33,989 bases of DNA from the IMG/VR virus record IMGVR_UViG_3300045999_010702, positions 1 to 33,989 of that record. One strand, given 5' to 3'. The stretch is from a virus. Lineage: Duplodnaviria; Caudoviricetes. The notes under the pieces are model-generated. The model saw only the letters and a program-made list of their open reading frames with translations, was not told where the DNA came from and did no database searches. The position numbers and the translations under genes are program-made. This document shows positions 1-7,161 of the stretch, piece after piece (the stretch's first letter is position 1; the number at the start of each line of letters is the position of its first letter).

Positions 1-31
1 GAATCGCGGGTCCCGGGGCCGGGAGGGACCC
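1..31 (-). other. Putative genome terminus / cosQ-like packaging termination signal
   Basis: The minus strand ends GGGTCCC-TCCCGGCCCCGGGACCCGCGATTC. Lambda cosQ is GGGTCCT and lies about 30 nt before the cosN nick. GGGTCCC (8-14) and GGGACCC (25-31) also form an inverted repeat. That the window edge is the genome end is inference. Confidence 0.35.
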
Positions 32-240
32 AAGTTTGTGTAAACATATAAACAACGTTTGCGATTGCAAGGCGTTTCAAATACTTCCTACATTCTGAGG
101 ATAATTAATGCAAACGAAACGCGACCGGCAAAGCGCACGGCCGCGCATGCAAACGCGCGCCGGTAGGTGTCAGCTACTGGCGCGCACAATAAAGGCGCCG
201 TTGTTAGCGGCGCCGTTGTGGTTTCGTTTGGCGGTAACGC

Positions 241-1302
241 TTACCGTGTGAGAATTAGGCGGCCGTCCGCTAGTTTGATCGTAGGCGCGTCCGCGATCGT
301 GAAACGTTCCGCGATCGTTCGATCCGCACCGCGTGCGCGTTTCTCCCGCAATATCACGGCCGAACCGGCCGGATCGTTCCAACGTGCATCGCCGGTCGCG
401 TCGCCGTCGACCGCCGGCAACGTAACGGCGTCGCCGTAGGTTTCGATCGTGACTGATCGCAGCGGCGCCGCGTCGCGCGCAAGACGGACCGGGAATGCAA
501 CGCGCAAGCCGGCGCGCACGGCCGCGATCGCATCACGGCAAGCGGTCGACCGGTCCGCTGCAAAGGATGCGGTGACGTCTTGCCAACCGGCGGCAAGCCA
601 GGCAAGCGGCGACGTCGGCGCGTCGACGCCGGCCTTTAGGTATTCATAAAAGCGCACGGCGCCGCGCGCGCGCATCGGCGCGAACGTTTCGGCAAGATTC
701 AACGCGTCGCCGGTTTCAACGTCGACGCCGAACCGCCGGCGGATTGCGACCGCGTCGGCCGGCGTTATGGGTGCAACGCGTCCGGCCCAGAACGTTTCGT
801 CAGTTCCGCACGTCCGCACGGCGCACGGCATGCCAAGACGTTCCGCACGCGCCAGTTCGGCCGCGATCGCATAAACCATGGCGCGCGTATACGTAACCGG
901 ATCGGCGACCATGGCAAGCGTTCGCCGTCCGCGACACGCGGCAACGTCCGTCGACAATCCGCCATGGCCGGCGCTTGCTAGGCAGCCTGCAATGCATCCG
1001 GCGGTTGCATGCATGCACCCGTTGTGACGGCGCGCCAGTTCGGCGGTCCCGGTACGTTCCGCAAGCGCCGCCAGTTCCGGCAAGTAACCGCGCGGCGCGA
1101 TGCTCGCAACGGTTCGCGGATCGATCGCGCGTGCTAATTGGCGTTGCGGTAACGCGTAGTGCATGGCGTTATACGTTCCGCCGGCGGCCGTGTGCACGGC
1201 CTTAGCGGACGTTGTTGTTAGCAACGAACCTAAGGTCAGTTCGAACGTTTCAAGCATGCCGGCAACGTCGGCCGGCAAGCGATGCGGTGCGTTTGTGCGC
1301 AT
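241..1302 (-). CDS. Gp88-like / radical-SAM-like Fe-S phage protein
   Basis: C-x6-C-x3-C (GCMHATAGCIAGCLASAGHG), plus VRTCGTDE, FYEYLK and DGDATGDARWNDP, which match the family motifs RLNGTSD, FYDYTK and DGDxxDLRFLDP. A TTACCGCTTACC motif lies upstream of the ATG. Confidence 0.7.
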   Translation of the reverse strand: MRTNAPHRLPADVAGMLETFELTLGSLLTTTSAKAVHTAAGGTYNAMHYALPQRQLARAIDPRTVASIAPRGYLPELAALAERTGTAELARRHNGCMHATAGCIAGCLASAGHGGLSTDVAACRGRRTLAMVADPVTYTRAMVYAIAAELARAERLGMPCAVRTCGTDETFWAGRVAPITPADAVAIRRRFGVDVETGDALNLAETFAPMRARGAVRFYEYLKAGVDAPTSPLAWLAAGWQDVTASFAADRSTACRDAIAAVRAGLRVAFPVRLARDAAPLRSVTIETYGDAVTLPAVDGDATGDARWNDPAGSAVILREKRARGADRTIAERFTIADAPTIKLADGRLILTR

Positions 1303-1326
1303 GGTTTTAGGTAAGCGGTAAGGGTT

Positions 1327-2052
1327 TTAGACAATGCCAAGCAAGCTCAGCCACGAATCCGGCGCGTCAGGCTCAACGCGCGACCCGTCCGGCGTTTCGG
1401 CGACGCCGTCAAGACTCCACTCCATAAGCTCGGCCGTTGTTGGAACGTCGACCCATTGGCCGCGCCACAGCAAGCGAAACACCGGCGTTAACGGGTCCGG
1501 ACCCTTAAACGCCGCGACGTCGCCGTCCATCCGTAAAGCTTTGCCGGTTTCGGGATTGCGCAAGCGTTCGCGGCCGTTGTTTAAGCGGCGCGCGAATCGA
1601 ACGCGACCGGGACCGGCCGGCGTCATCGTTGGCGTTGCCGGGAACTGCTCGGCACCGTCACCGTCGACGGCCGCGACGCGTTCGCGCATGCGGATTGCAT
1701 CGGCCGACGGTCCGGGACCGGTCGCCGGTTCGGCGCCGGTTACTTGCAACGACCATTGGCGCGCATGCTCCCATTGCGCAAGCGACGGCGCCGAAACGCG
1801 CGACGCCGGCAACGCGGCCGCGAACGCGTCATCCCACAAGCGCGCAAGCGCGATCGCGTCGCGCAATGGTCCGCGGAACGTTCCGGCCATCAATCCGTGC
1901 ACGTGGCCGGAGATGACCCATAGGCCGCGCGTTTGCTTGCCGTCGCGTACGTGATTAACCGGCGCATGCACGGCAAGCGCGCGACCGCGCCAACGAGCCG
2001 GCGCGTCGATCGTGGCGCCGTCCGGGAGCGCAAGGGTAACGGTTGCAGGCAT
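1327..2052 (-). CDS. Hypothetical early protein with conserved C-terminal phage domain
   Basis: Start moved to ATG 2052 (MPATVTL), which follows the upstream stop at 2057 and a CCCTTACCGC motif. The C-terminus PTTAELMEWSLDGVAETPDGSRVEPDAPDSWLSLLGIV resembles a recurrent small phage domain. Confidence 0.7.
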   Translation of the reverse strand: MPATVTLALPDGATIDAPARWRGRALAVHAPVNHVRDGKQTRGLWVISGHVHGLMAGTFRGPLRDAIALARLWDDAFAAALPASRVSAPSLAQWEHARQWSLQVTGAEPATGPGPSADAIRMRERVAAVDGDGAEQFPATPTMTPAGPGRVRFARRLNNGRERLRNPETGKALRMDGDVAAFKGPDPLTPVFRLLWRGQWVDVPTTAELMEWSLDGVAETPDGSRVEPDAPDSWLSLLGIV

Positions 2053-2056
2053 GGTT

Positions 2057-2362
2057 TCAAGCGGTAAGGGGAACAATGGGCGCCAGTTCGGCGGATCCGA
2101 CGGGATACGCGTAGGCGTTGCCGCCGTCAAGTGACAGCGCAGCGCCGATCAAACGCCAATCGGCACCCATAGCGCGATTGAAGCGTTCAACCACGGCAAG
2201 CGCGGCCGCGTCCGGACCCTCCGCGTACGGAACGGTCGCGCGGAATCGATCGGCGGCCGTTGTACCGCGTTTGATCACGGCAACCCATTGCGAACCGCGC
2301 GTGTCAGTCGCGCCGCTATAGGTGACGGTGCAACCGGGAACGTATCTAAAAGGGGAATGCAT
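2057..2362 (-). CDS. Hypothetical early protein
   Basis: ATG 2362 (MHSPFRYVPG) is preceded by CTTACCCTTTACCGCTT. The gene packs tightly between its neighbours. Confidence 0.65.
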   Translation of the reverse strand: MHSPFRYVPGCTVTYSGATDTRGSQWVAVIKRGTTAADRFRATVPYAEGPDAAALAVVERFNRAMGADWRLIGAALSLDGGNAYAYPVGSAELAPIVPLTA

Positions 2363-2390
2363 GGCAGCTAAGCGGTAAAGGGTAAGCGTG

Positions 2391-3026
2391 TCAGTCGCGC
2401 GCCAGTTCGGCATCGATCGCGGCGCGCATGCCGGCGGCGCGTGCAATGCCGCGCGCGTGCGCGGCGTCACCGTCCGCGCGAATCGCAGCAGACTGCGCGC
2501 GCGCAAGGTCGGCAAGACTCACACGGCGACCGGCGGCCGCGTCGGCGCGAATCGCGAGCACAGCCGCGACGGCGTCGGCGTCTTCCCCGGGCAGAATGAC
2601 CGGCGCGACCGGACCGGCGGCGTGCGCGACGGCGTCCGCGATTGAATCGAACGCAACGGCCGCACCGGAGCGACCGCGCGCAACGTAACCGCCGGCGACC
2701 GTTTCAAGCGGCCGAACATATGGAATGCCGCAAGCGTGCAACGTACCGGCGTCGGCATGGTTGCCGCGTTCGAGCGCAACGACCGGCGCGACGTTCCATC
2801 CGTCGCCGGCGTCCGCGACCGCGTCACAAACGCGGCCGATCGATTCGGCAAGACGGCACGCGGCGTCGGCGTCCGAAACGTTGCCGGCGCGTTGCGCTGA
2901 TTCCAGCGACGCGCGGTAAGCGGTTTCGGTGCGCACAACGTCCGAAACCCACGCGAACGGCACAACGTCCGCATGCGCCACGCCGGCGGCGTGCGCGGCG
3001 GCTGAAACGGTCTGAAAGGTCAGCAT
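2391..3026 (-). CDS. Hypothetical Ala-rich early protein
   Basis: ATG 3026 (MLTFQTVS) is preceded by TTACCGCTTACCGCTTGCC. First gene of the terminal operon. Confidence 0.65.
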   Translation of the reverse strand: MLTFQTVSAAAHAAGVAHADVVPFAWVSDVVRTETAYRASLESAQRAGNVSDADAACRLAESIGRVCDAVADAGDGWNVAPVVALERGNHADAGTLHACGIPYVRPLETVAGGYVARGRSGAAVAFDSIADAVAHAAGPVAPVILPGEDADAVAAVLAIRADAAAGRRVSLADLARAQSAAIRADGDAAHARGIARAAGMRAAIDAELARD

Positions 3027-3052
3027 GGCAAGCGGTAAGCGGTAACGCATCC

Positions 3053-3082
3053 ATATATAAGGTCGCGCGCGCCGCATAGCAA
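3053..3082 (-). promoter_or_regulatory. Possible sigma70-type promoter for the terminal operon
   Basis: TTGCTA-N17-TATATA on the minus strand, about 27 nt upstream of ATG 3026. The -10 is imperfect. Confidence 0.4.
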
Positions 3083-3308
3083 GCCATGCATGGGGCACGT
3101 ATGCCGGATTGTCACGCGGACGCGTTGCCACTAGCACAACGGCCGGCGCGACCGTTACCGCATGCCGGCCGCGTTCGCGTGCGTCGGCGCGTGCACCGGT
3201 AAGCGTTGCGAACCGCGCAAGCGGTAAGCGTTGCAAACCGTGCGCACCTAACTAACGCGAACACCGCGCGCAGTTAACAACCCGAACCCGCACAGGGTAA
3301 GGGTCGCG

Positions 3309-3347
3309 AACACCCCGCGCGTTTGCGTTTAAAACACCCCGCGCGTT
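3309..3347. repeat. 15-bp direct repeat AACACCCCGCGCGTT x2
   Basis: Exact copies at 3309-3323 and 3333-3347, with a partial copy near 3260, in a non-coding region. Confidence 0.85.
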
Positions 3348-3685
3348 CGTGTTACCGAACCGCGCAATCGCATTGTCGCTGTCATTAACTCACCGCGAGT
3401 TCGTGACACCGGCCGCTGCGTTGACGATTGCATGCTGATGCAAACCGTGCGACGCTGTATATAAAGAATAGGAGGCGTGTGCGCGCTCGGCGGCGCTCGG
3501 CGGCGCGGCGGCCGGCGGCGCGGCGGCGGGGCGTAGGCGGGCATGCTTGGCTAAGCTTAAATGCATTTTTTCCTATATAAAAACCGACCCCCCAGAGTTC
3601 TTTAAAATTTTCTGCACATGCCGCGCGCGGTAAAAACCGCTTACATCCGAGTTCCTGGCCATAAAAAGCGACCGACCCAAAGTTC

Positions 3686-3955
3686 TCAATCCTCACGCCC
3701 ATAAGCCGCCTCAATCCATCTCCCGCAGCAATCGCAACACATGCACTCGCCCTCCCAATTCACCTCAAGCCGCACCACACACCAACCGTCGCGACCGTCG
3801 GTCAGCGCAATCCACTCCCGCTCTTCTTCCGCGCAAAGCCGACAAATCACACTGCCGTCATCCATTACCGCATACAAGGGGTAACCACCAGGCCATGCCC
3901 ATGGCTCACGCACAAGCTGATCAGCCAACCTGAGCGACTTCGATCCAGTGCTCAT
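3686..3955 (-). CDS. Small Zn-binding phage protein (WPGGYP family)
   Basis: AWPGGYP...DG..CxxC...GW...NWE...CDCCG..IEAAY pattern; overlaps the upstream gene stop. Confidence 0.75.
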   Translation of the reverse strand: MSTGSKSLRLADQLVREPWAWPGGYPLYAVMDDGSVICRLCAEEEREWIALTDGRDGWCVVRLEVNWEGECMCCDCCGRWIEAAYGRED

Positions 3956-4371
3956 TCCGCGTCCTTCCTGCCGCGTGCATCAAGTTTCCAGCCGTAGTCA
4001 AGATGCGTAAGCACCTGACGTAACGCAACCTCAGGCGTCACCTGAATACGACCCTCGACGCGGTTGCGCATCGTGGAGCGGCTGCCACCAGTGCCGTACA
4101 TCGAAATCACGCGATCACGGTCTGGAATCCACATGCACCACTCATCGCCATCGCGCAGGGTGACGGGGGCACCAGCTTTCAAGATCTCAACTGGCGCCAC
4201 CTCGGAGCGGTCGCAGTAAGCCCAGCGGTCTTTGGCCACCATCTCGCTGCAGTGCTCGCACCCGAGTGCGCTCCAGCAGAAGTGCGTGACGCGGCTAACG
4301 CCCTGGCAATAGGGACAGCGGATGAAAGCTCCCGTTTTGGGAGCACGGGTGTGACGGGTAATCGGTTTCAT
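3952..4371 (-). CDS. Zn-ribbon hypothetical protein
   Basis: CPYC...HFCWSALGCEHC motif; translationally coupled to its neighbours. Confidence 0.7.
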   Translation of the reverse strand: MKPITRHTRAPKTGAFIRCPYCQGVSRVTHFCWSALGCEHCSEMVAKDRWAYCDRSEVAPVEILKAGAPVTLRDGDEWCMWIPDRDRVISMYGTGGSRSTMRNRVEGRIQVTPEVALRQVLTHLDYGWKLDARGRKDAE

Positions 4372-4601
4372 CAGTTGGTACGGAAACGGTCGCTTTTCAT
4401 GCAGGTGATGATTTCGCAGGCAGCCAGCTCGAGACCTATGAAGTCAGCGCCGTGCCCGACCTTGCCCCAGCCGCGACATCCCATGACATCGCCATCGGCT
4501 ACGTCGTATTGCCAGGTGCGCCAGAAGTCGTCTTCGGCGCAGTAAGCCTTGAAAGTCTTGCCCTCCTTAAGGGCTTCGATAATCTGATCGCGATCAAGCA
4601 T
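4371..4601 (-). CDS. Hypothetical protein
   Basis: ORF coupled to both neighbours; ATG 4601 chosen. Confidence 0.6.
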   Translation of the reverse strand: MLDRDQIIEALKEGKTFKAYCAEDDFWRTWQYDVADGDVMGCRGWGKVGHGADFIGLELAACEIITCMKSDRFRTN

Positions 4602-4809
4602 TGCTGCCACCCATGACGCAACGGATGGCGTCCTGCTTCAGCATGAACTCAGCCGACTCAGGGTCAACTTCGCCTGACTGGGGCTGGTAATCGCAGAAGT
4701 AAAAGCGAATGCCTTCTGCAAGCAGCAGGGAAAGCATCTGCTCCGGGCTACGCATCTCGGCGTTAGCGATCTGCTGCAGGACTCGAGCTTGGGTGTCGTT
4801 GAGTTTCAT
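4594..4809 (-). CDS. Hypothetical protein, possibly ribbon-helix-helix
   Basis: MKLNDTQARVLQQIANAEMRSPEQMLSLLL pattern; preceded by CTTACCGCTTACC and a strong promoter. Confidence 0.65.
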   Translation of the reverse strand: MKLNDTQARVLQQIANAEMRSPEQMLSLLLAEGIRFYFCDYQPQSGEVDPESAEFMLKQDAIRCVMGGSNA

Positions 4810-4856
4810 GGGACCAAGAGGTAAGCGGTAAGCGGGGCTCGTGCCCCATGCCGTGA

Positions 4857-4886
4857 ATTATGCCATGGATTTCGCGGAAGCGTCAA
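4857..4886 (-). promoter_or_regulatory. Sigma70-type early promoter
   Basis: TTGACG-N18-CATAAT with an extended -10 TG on the minus strand, upstream of ATG 4809. Confidence 0.65.
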
Positions 4887-4897
4887 CCCATGCAGCC

Positions 4898-4942
4898 AGT
4901 CTCATTGAGACTCATTCCAGCGCAGTGAGTCTCAATATGAGA
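4898..4942. repeat. Nested inverted repeats of GTCTCA/TGAGAC
   Basis: AGTCTCA-T-TGAGACT (4898-4912) and an 11-bp inverted repeat ATTGAGACTCA (4904-4914) / TGAGTCTCAAT (4926-4936). Confidence 0.8.
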
Positions 4943-5261
4943 TCTGCACGGTTGCGATGCCATCCAGCGGCACACCAAGGCGATGCGCAGCGCCGGCGCT
5001 GAGATCGATCGAATTGCAATCACAGCGGTCCCTGATCGGCACCACAAGCACCCGCCCTCGATGCCGCACCGTCACCCGCGTTCCACATGGCAACCACGGG
5101 TGCGCGGCGCTGATGCCCCAGTGCTGATAAGTGCCGCCGCAGTACTCAACGCGGCCGTGATACCAGCCGTCGTAAACGGTTGCGGTAACTGGCCTCGCCT
5201 CCGCCGGCACTGATGCCAAGTGCTGAAGAATTGCGGCAAAAAAGATCAATGTGCGTTTCAT
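4932..5261 (-). CDS. RlpA-like double-psi beta-barrel protein with signal peptide
   Basis: ATVY..WYHGR, SAAHPWLPCGTRVTV, IRDR and IDLSAGAA motifs; hydrophobic N-terminus ending AEA. Confidence 0.8.
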   Translation of the reverse strand: MKRTLIFFAAILQHLASVPAEARPVTATVYDGWYHGRVEYCGGTYQHWGISAAHPWLPCGTRVTVRHRGRVLVVPIRDRCDCNSIDLSAGAAHRLGVPLDGIATVQISY

Positions 5262-5300
5262 GATTAAAGGAAATAAGAGTTAGCAAGCGAGCCGCGCGGG

Positions 5301-6023
5301 CTACTTCACCGCCAACGCCCAGAAAGGCGCACGCTTCGACTCACCCAGCTCGCGCTGCAGCTCACGGCACACCACCTTCACGACCACGCCATCGGTCGCG
5401 AACGGGCGGTTCCACAGCTTCCCGGCCTTCCACCGCGAATGCAGCAGCTCAACCTCGTCGATGCGGGTAGTGAACAGCGAATCCACGCAGTCAAACCCAA
5501 GCCCCTCAAGCCGCGCCATCGCGTTGACCTCTGTGAGCTCCTGGAAAGCGCCTCCGAATGCCGTGAAGGTCAAACCACCTGAACCGCCCTTCATACGCCT
5601 TAGAGCCGTTGCTGGCGCGCTCTGACGGCCATCATGCCCCCACAGTTCACCACGCACGTCCAGTACGCCGCGCTCACTCACCTGCGCCGGCACCAGATCA
5701 CGCAACACCGCCATGCAGTCCCGGCCGCTACGGGTCCACGCCGCCGCAAGCTCACCGCCCACGTACCGCAGCCCCACAGCAGCGCCGTCAATCTTCGGCT
5801 GCACAATCACAGGCGCACCCGTCCACCAGTCCTCCAGCGGGCAGTTATCCAGCGACAGCAGCGCGGTACCACCGCCTGGCTCCTGCAGCTCTGGTGCAAA
5901 CGGCGCCACAGCACGCAGCTCAGCCACCAGCGCATCGAACTCCGCGTCCGACATCACAGCCGCACCAGCGCGATAGGCCGCATCTGCCTGTCGCACCTGC
6001 TTGCGTAACGACTCAACCGACAT
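5301..6023 (-). CDS. NAD-dependent DNA ligase, adenylation domain only
   Basis: Subdomain Ia (AYRAG..MSDAEFD), LLSLDN, KIDG, TR, VRGE, DGVVVK and P.WALAVK, then a stop. No OB, Zn, HhH or BRCT domains. Confidence 0.85.
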   Translation of the reverse strand: MSVESLRKQVRQADAAYRAGAAVMSDAEFDALVAELRAVAPFAPELQEPGGGTALLSLDNCPLEDWWTGAPVIVQPKIDGAAVGLRYVGGELAAAWTRSGRDCMAVLRDLVPAQVSERGVLDVRGELWGHDGRQSAPATALRRMKGGSGGLTFTAFGGAFQELTEVNAMARLEGLGFDCVDSLFTTRIDEVELLHSRWKAGKLWNRPFATDGVVVKVVCRELQRELGESKRAPFWALAVK

Positions 6024-6047
6024 AACCACTAAGCGATAACACCGCGA

Positions 6048-6077
6048 ATTGTAGCGGCTATTTCAGGGCATCGTCAA
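6048..6077 (-). promoter_or_regulatory. Sigma70-type promoter for the ligase-domain gene
   Basis: TTGACG-N18-TACAAT, with the same -35 and spacing as the promoter at 4857-4886. Confidence 0.6.
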
Positions 6078-6783
6078 GCGCCTTGCTCAGCAGCGACGGC
6101 AGCAGCGTCTCCGACCGCTCACGCACCACGCCCTCGAAGTCGAACAGCACCGGCACTGTCGGCTGCCGGCGCGCATACGTGAACAGCAACTGCACGTCAC
6201 CGGTCTTCGCCCGGTAAATGCCCGGCTTCAACCCACCGCGCTTACCAGGCTTCCGACCATCCGGCACCGAGAAATACCGCCACTGCGAACCCTGACGACC
6301 AGCGCCAGTGCCCGTTTTCAAACCCTGCAGCACCTGCTGATACTGCCCCGGCGTCATGTTCCCGTAAGCATTCACCCGCACGCCACGGCCCTGCAGGAAC
6401 GGGATCGCGTAGTAGCTCGCATCCACAATCCCCAGCGCCCTCACCGCTCGGGTGAACCGGGTGATGTACGCAGGCTTCCCGCCACCAGCACCGCCACCCT
6501 CAGCAGTCACGGGGAACAGATACCGCGCCGGATCCTGACCTTTCGCCCCGTCCTTCGAGATCGACACGGTGAGCTCCAGCCCATCAACGCGATAACGCGG
6601 GCTTGAGAGCGTGAACGGCACCGGGTTCTGGAACTTGTCCCGCATCTCACGTTGCAGGTCCTGCCTGAGCTGAAAACCGAGCTGCCTCAGTGCCCGATTC
6701 CCCGCAAACGGAAGCTGCGCACCACGCAACGCATCGATGCGACCGATCAAGGCTTGGGCGTCGAATTCGATGGTGCGGGCCAT
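6058..6783 (-). CDS. Conserved phage protein (neck/tail-completion-like, often upstream of terminase/cos)
   Basis: QLPFA..RAL...F.NPVPFT and FDFEGV motifs; ATG 6783 chosen. Confidence 0.6.
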   Translation of the reverse strand: MARTIEFDAQALIGRIDALRGAQLPFAGNRALRQLGFQLRQDLQREMRDKFQNPVPFTLSSPRYRVDGLELTVSISKDGAKGQDPARYLFPVTAEGGGAGGGKPAYITRFTRAVRALGIVDASYYAIPFLQGRGVRVNAYGNMTPGQYQQVLQGLKTGTGAGRQGSQWRYFSVPDGRKPGKRGGLKPGIYRAKTGDVQLLFTYARRQPTVPVLFDFEGVVRERSETLLPSLLSKALDDALK

Positions 6784-6877
6784 GGCCACCACCGTAGGCG
6801 GAAATTCCGGCCACGGGTTGCGCGCGCGGCTTCTCCGGTTGTGTGGCGGGAGGCCCCATCCAGCGCCACGAAAGGGC

Positions 6878-7145
6878 TTGTTACGTTGCAACGGTCCGTT
6901 ACGGTGACCGTAACGCCGAGATCCCAGTGAGGGTAAGGCTTGTAACGTTGTAACATCTATCTATCTATAAGTAGATAGTAGTAGTAAGAGGGGTGTATAA
7001 AACTGTATATATAATTGGGTATAAATATATATAGGGGTATCTATGGGGGTGTCTTCTGGAAAAGCGTTACAAGCCGTGATTCCGTAACATCCCTTGCGCT
7101 GCAAGGGATTTCGCTGTTGCGGTGACCGTAACTTTGTAACGCTTT
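6878..7145. other. Putative replication origin
   Basis: Non-coding AT-rich core (6955-7045) flanked by many GTAAC/GTTAC repeats. CGGTGACCGTAAC direct repeat at 6902-6914 and 7120-7132; hairpin 7089-7109. Lies immediately downstream of the primase-helicase gene, and GC skew flips here. Confidence 0.75.
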
Positions 7146-7161
7146 GCCAGTCTCAGCCGTC

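Noticed and set aside
167-3544. Numerous long overlapping ORFs on both strands in the terminal region
   Set aside because: These are artefacts of very high GC and stop-codon scarcity. Only four minus-strand ORFs tile cleanly and share the upstream motif.
5301-6023. Frameshifted full-length ligA
   Set aside because: The downstream sequence encodes an RlpA-like protein, with no OB/HhH remnant visible in other frames.
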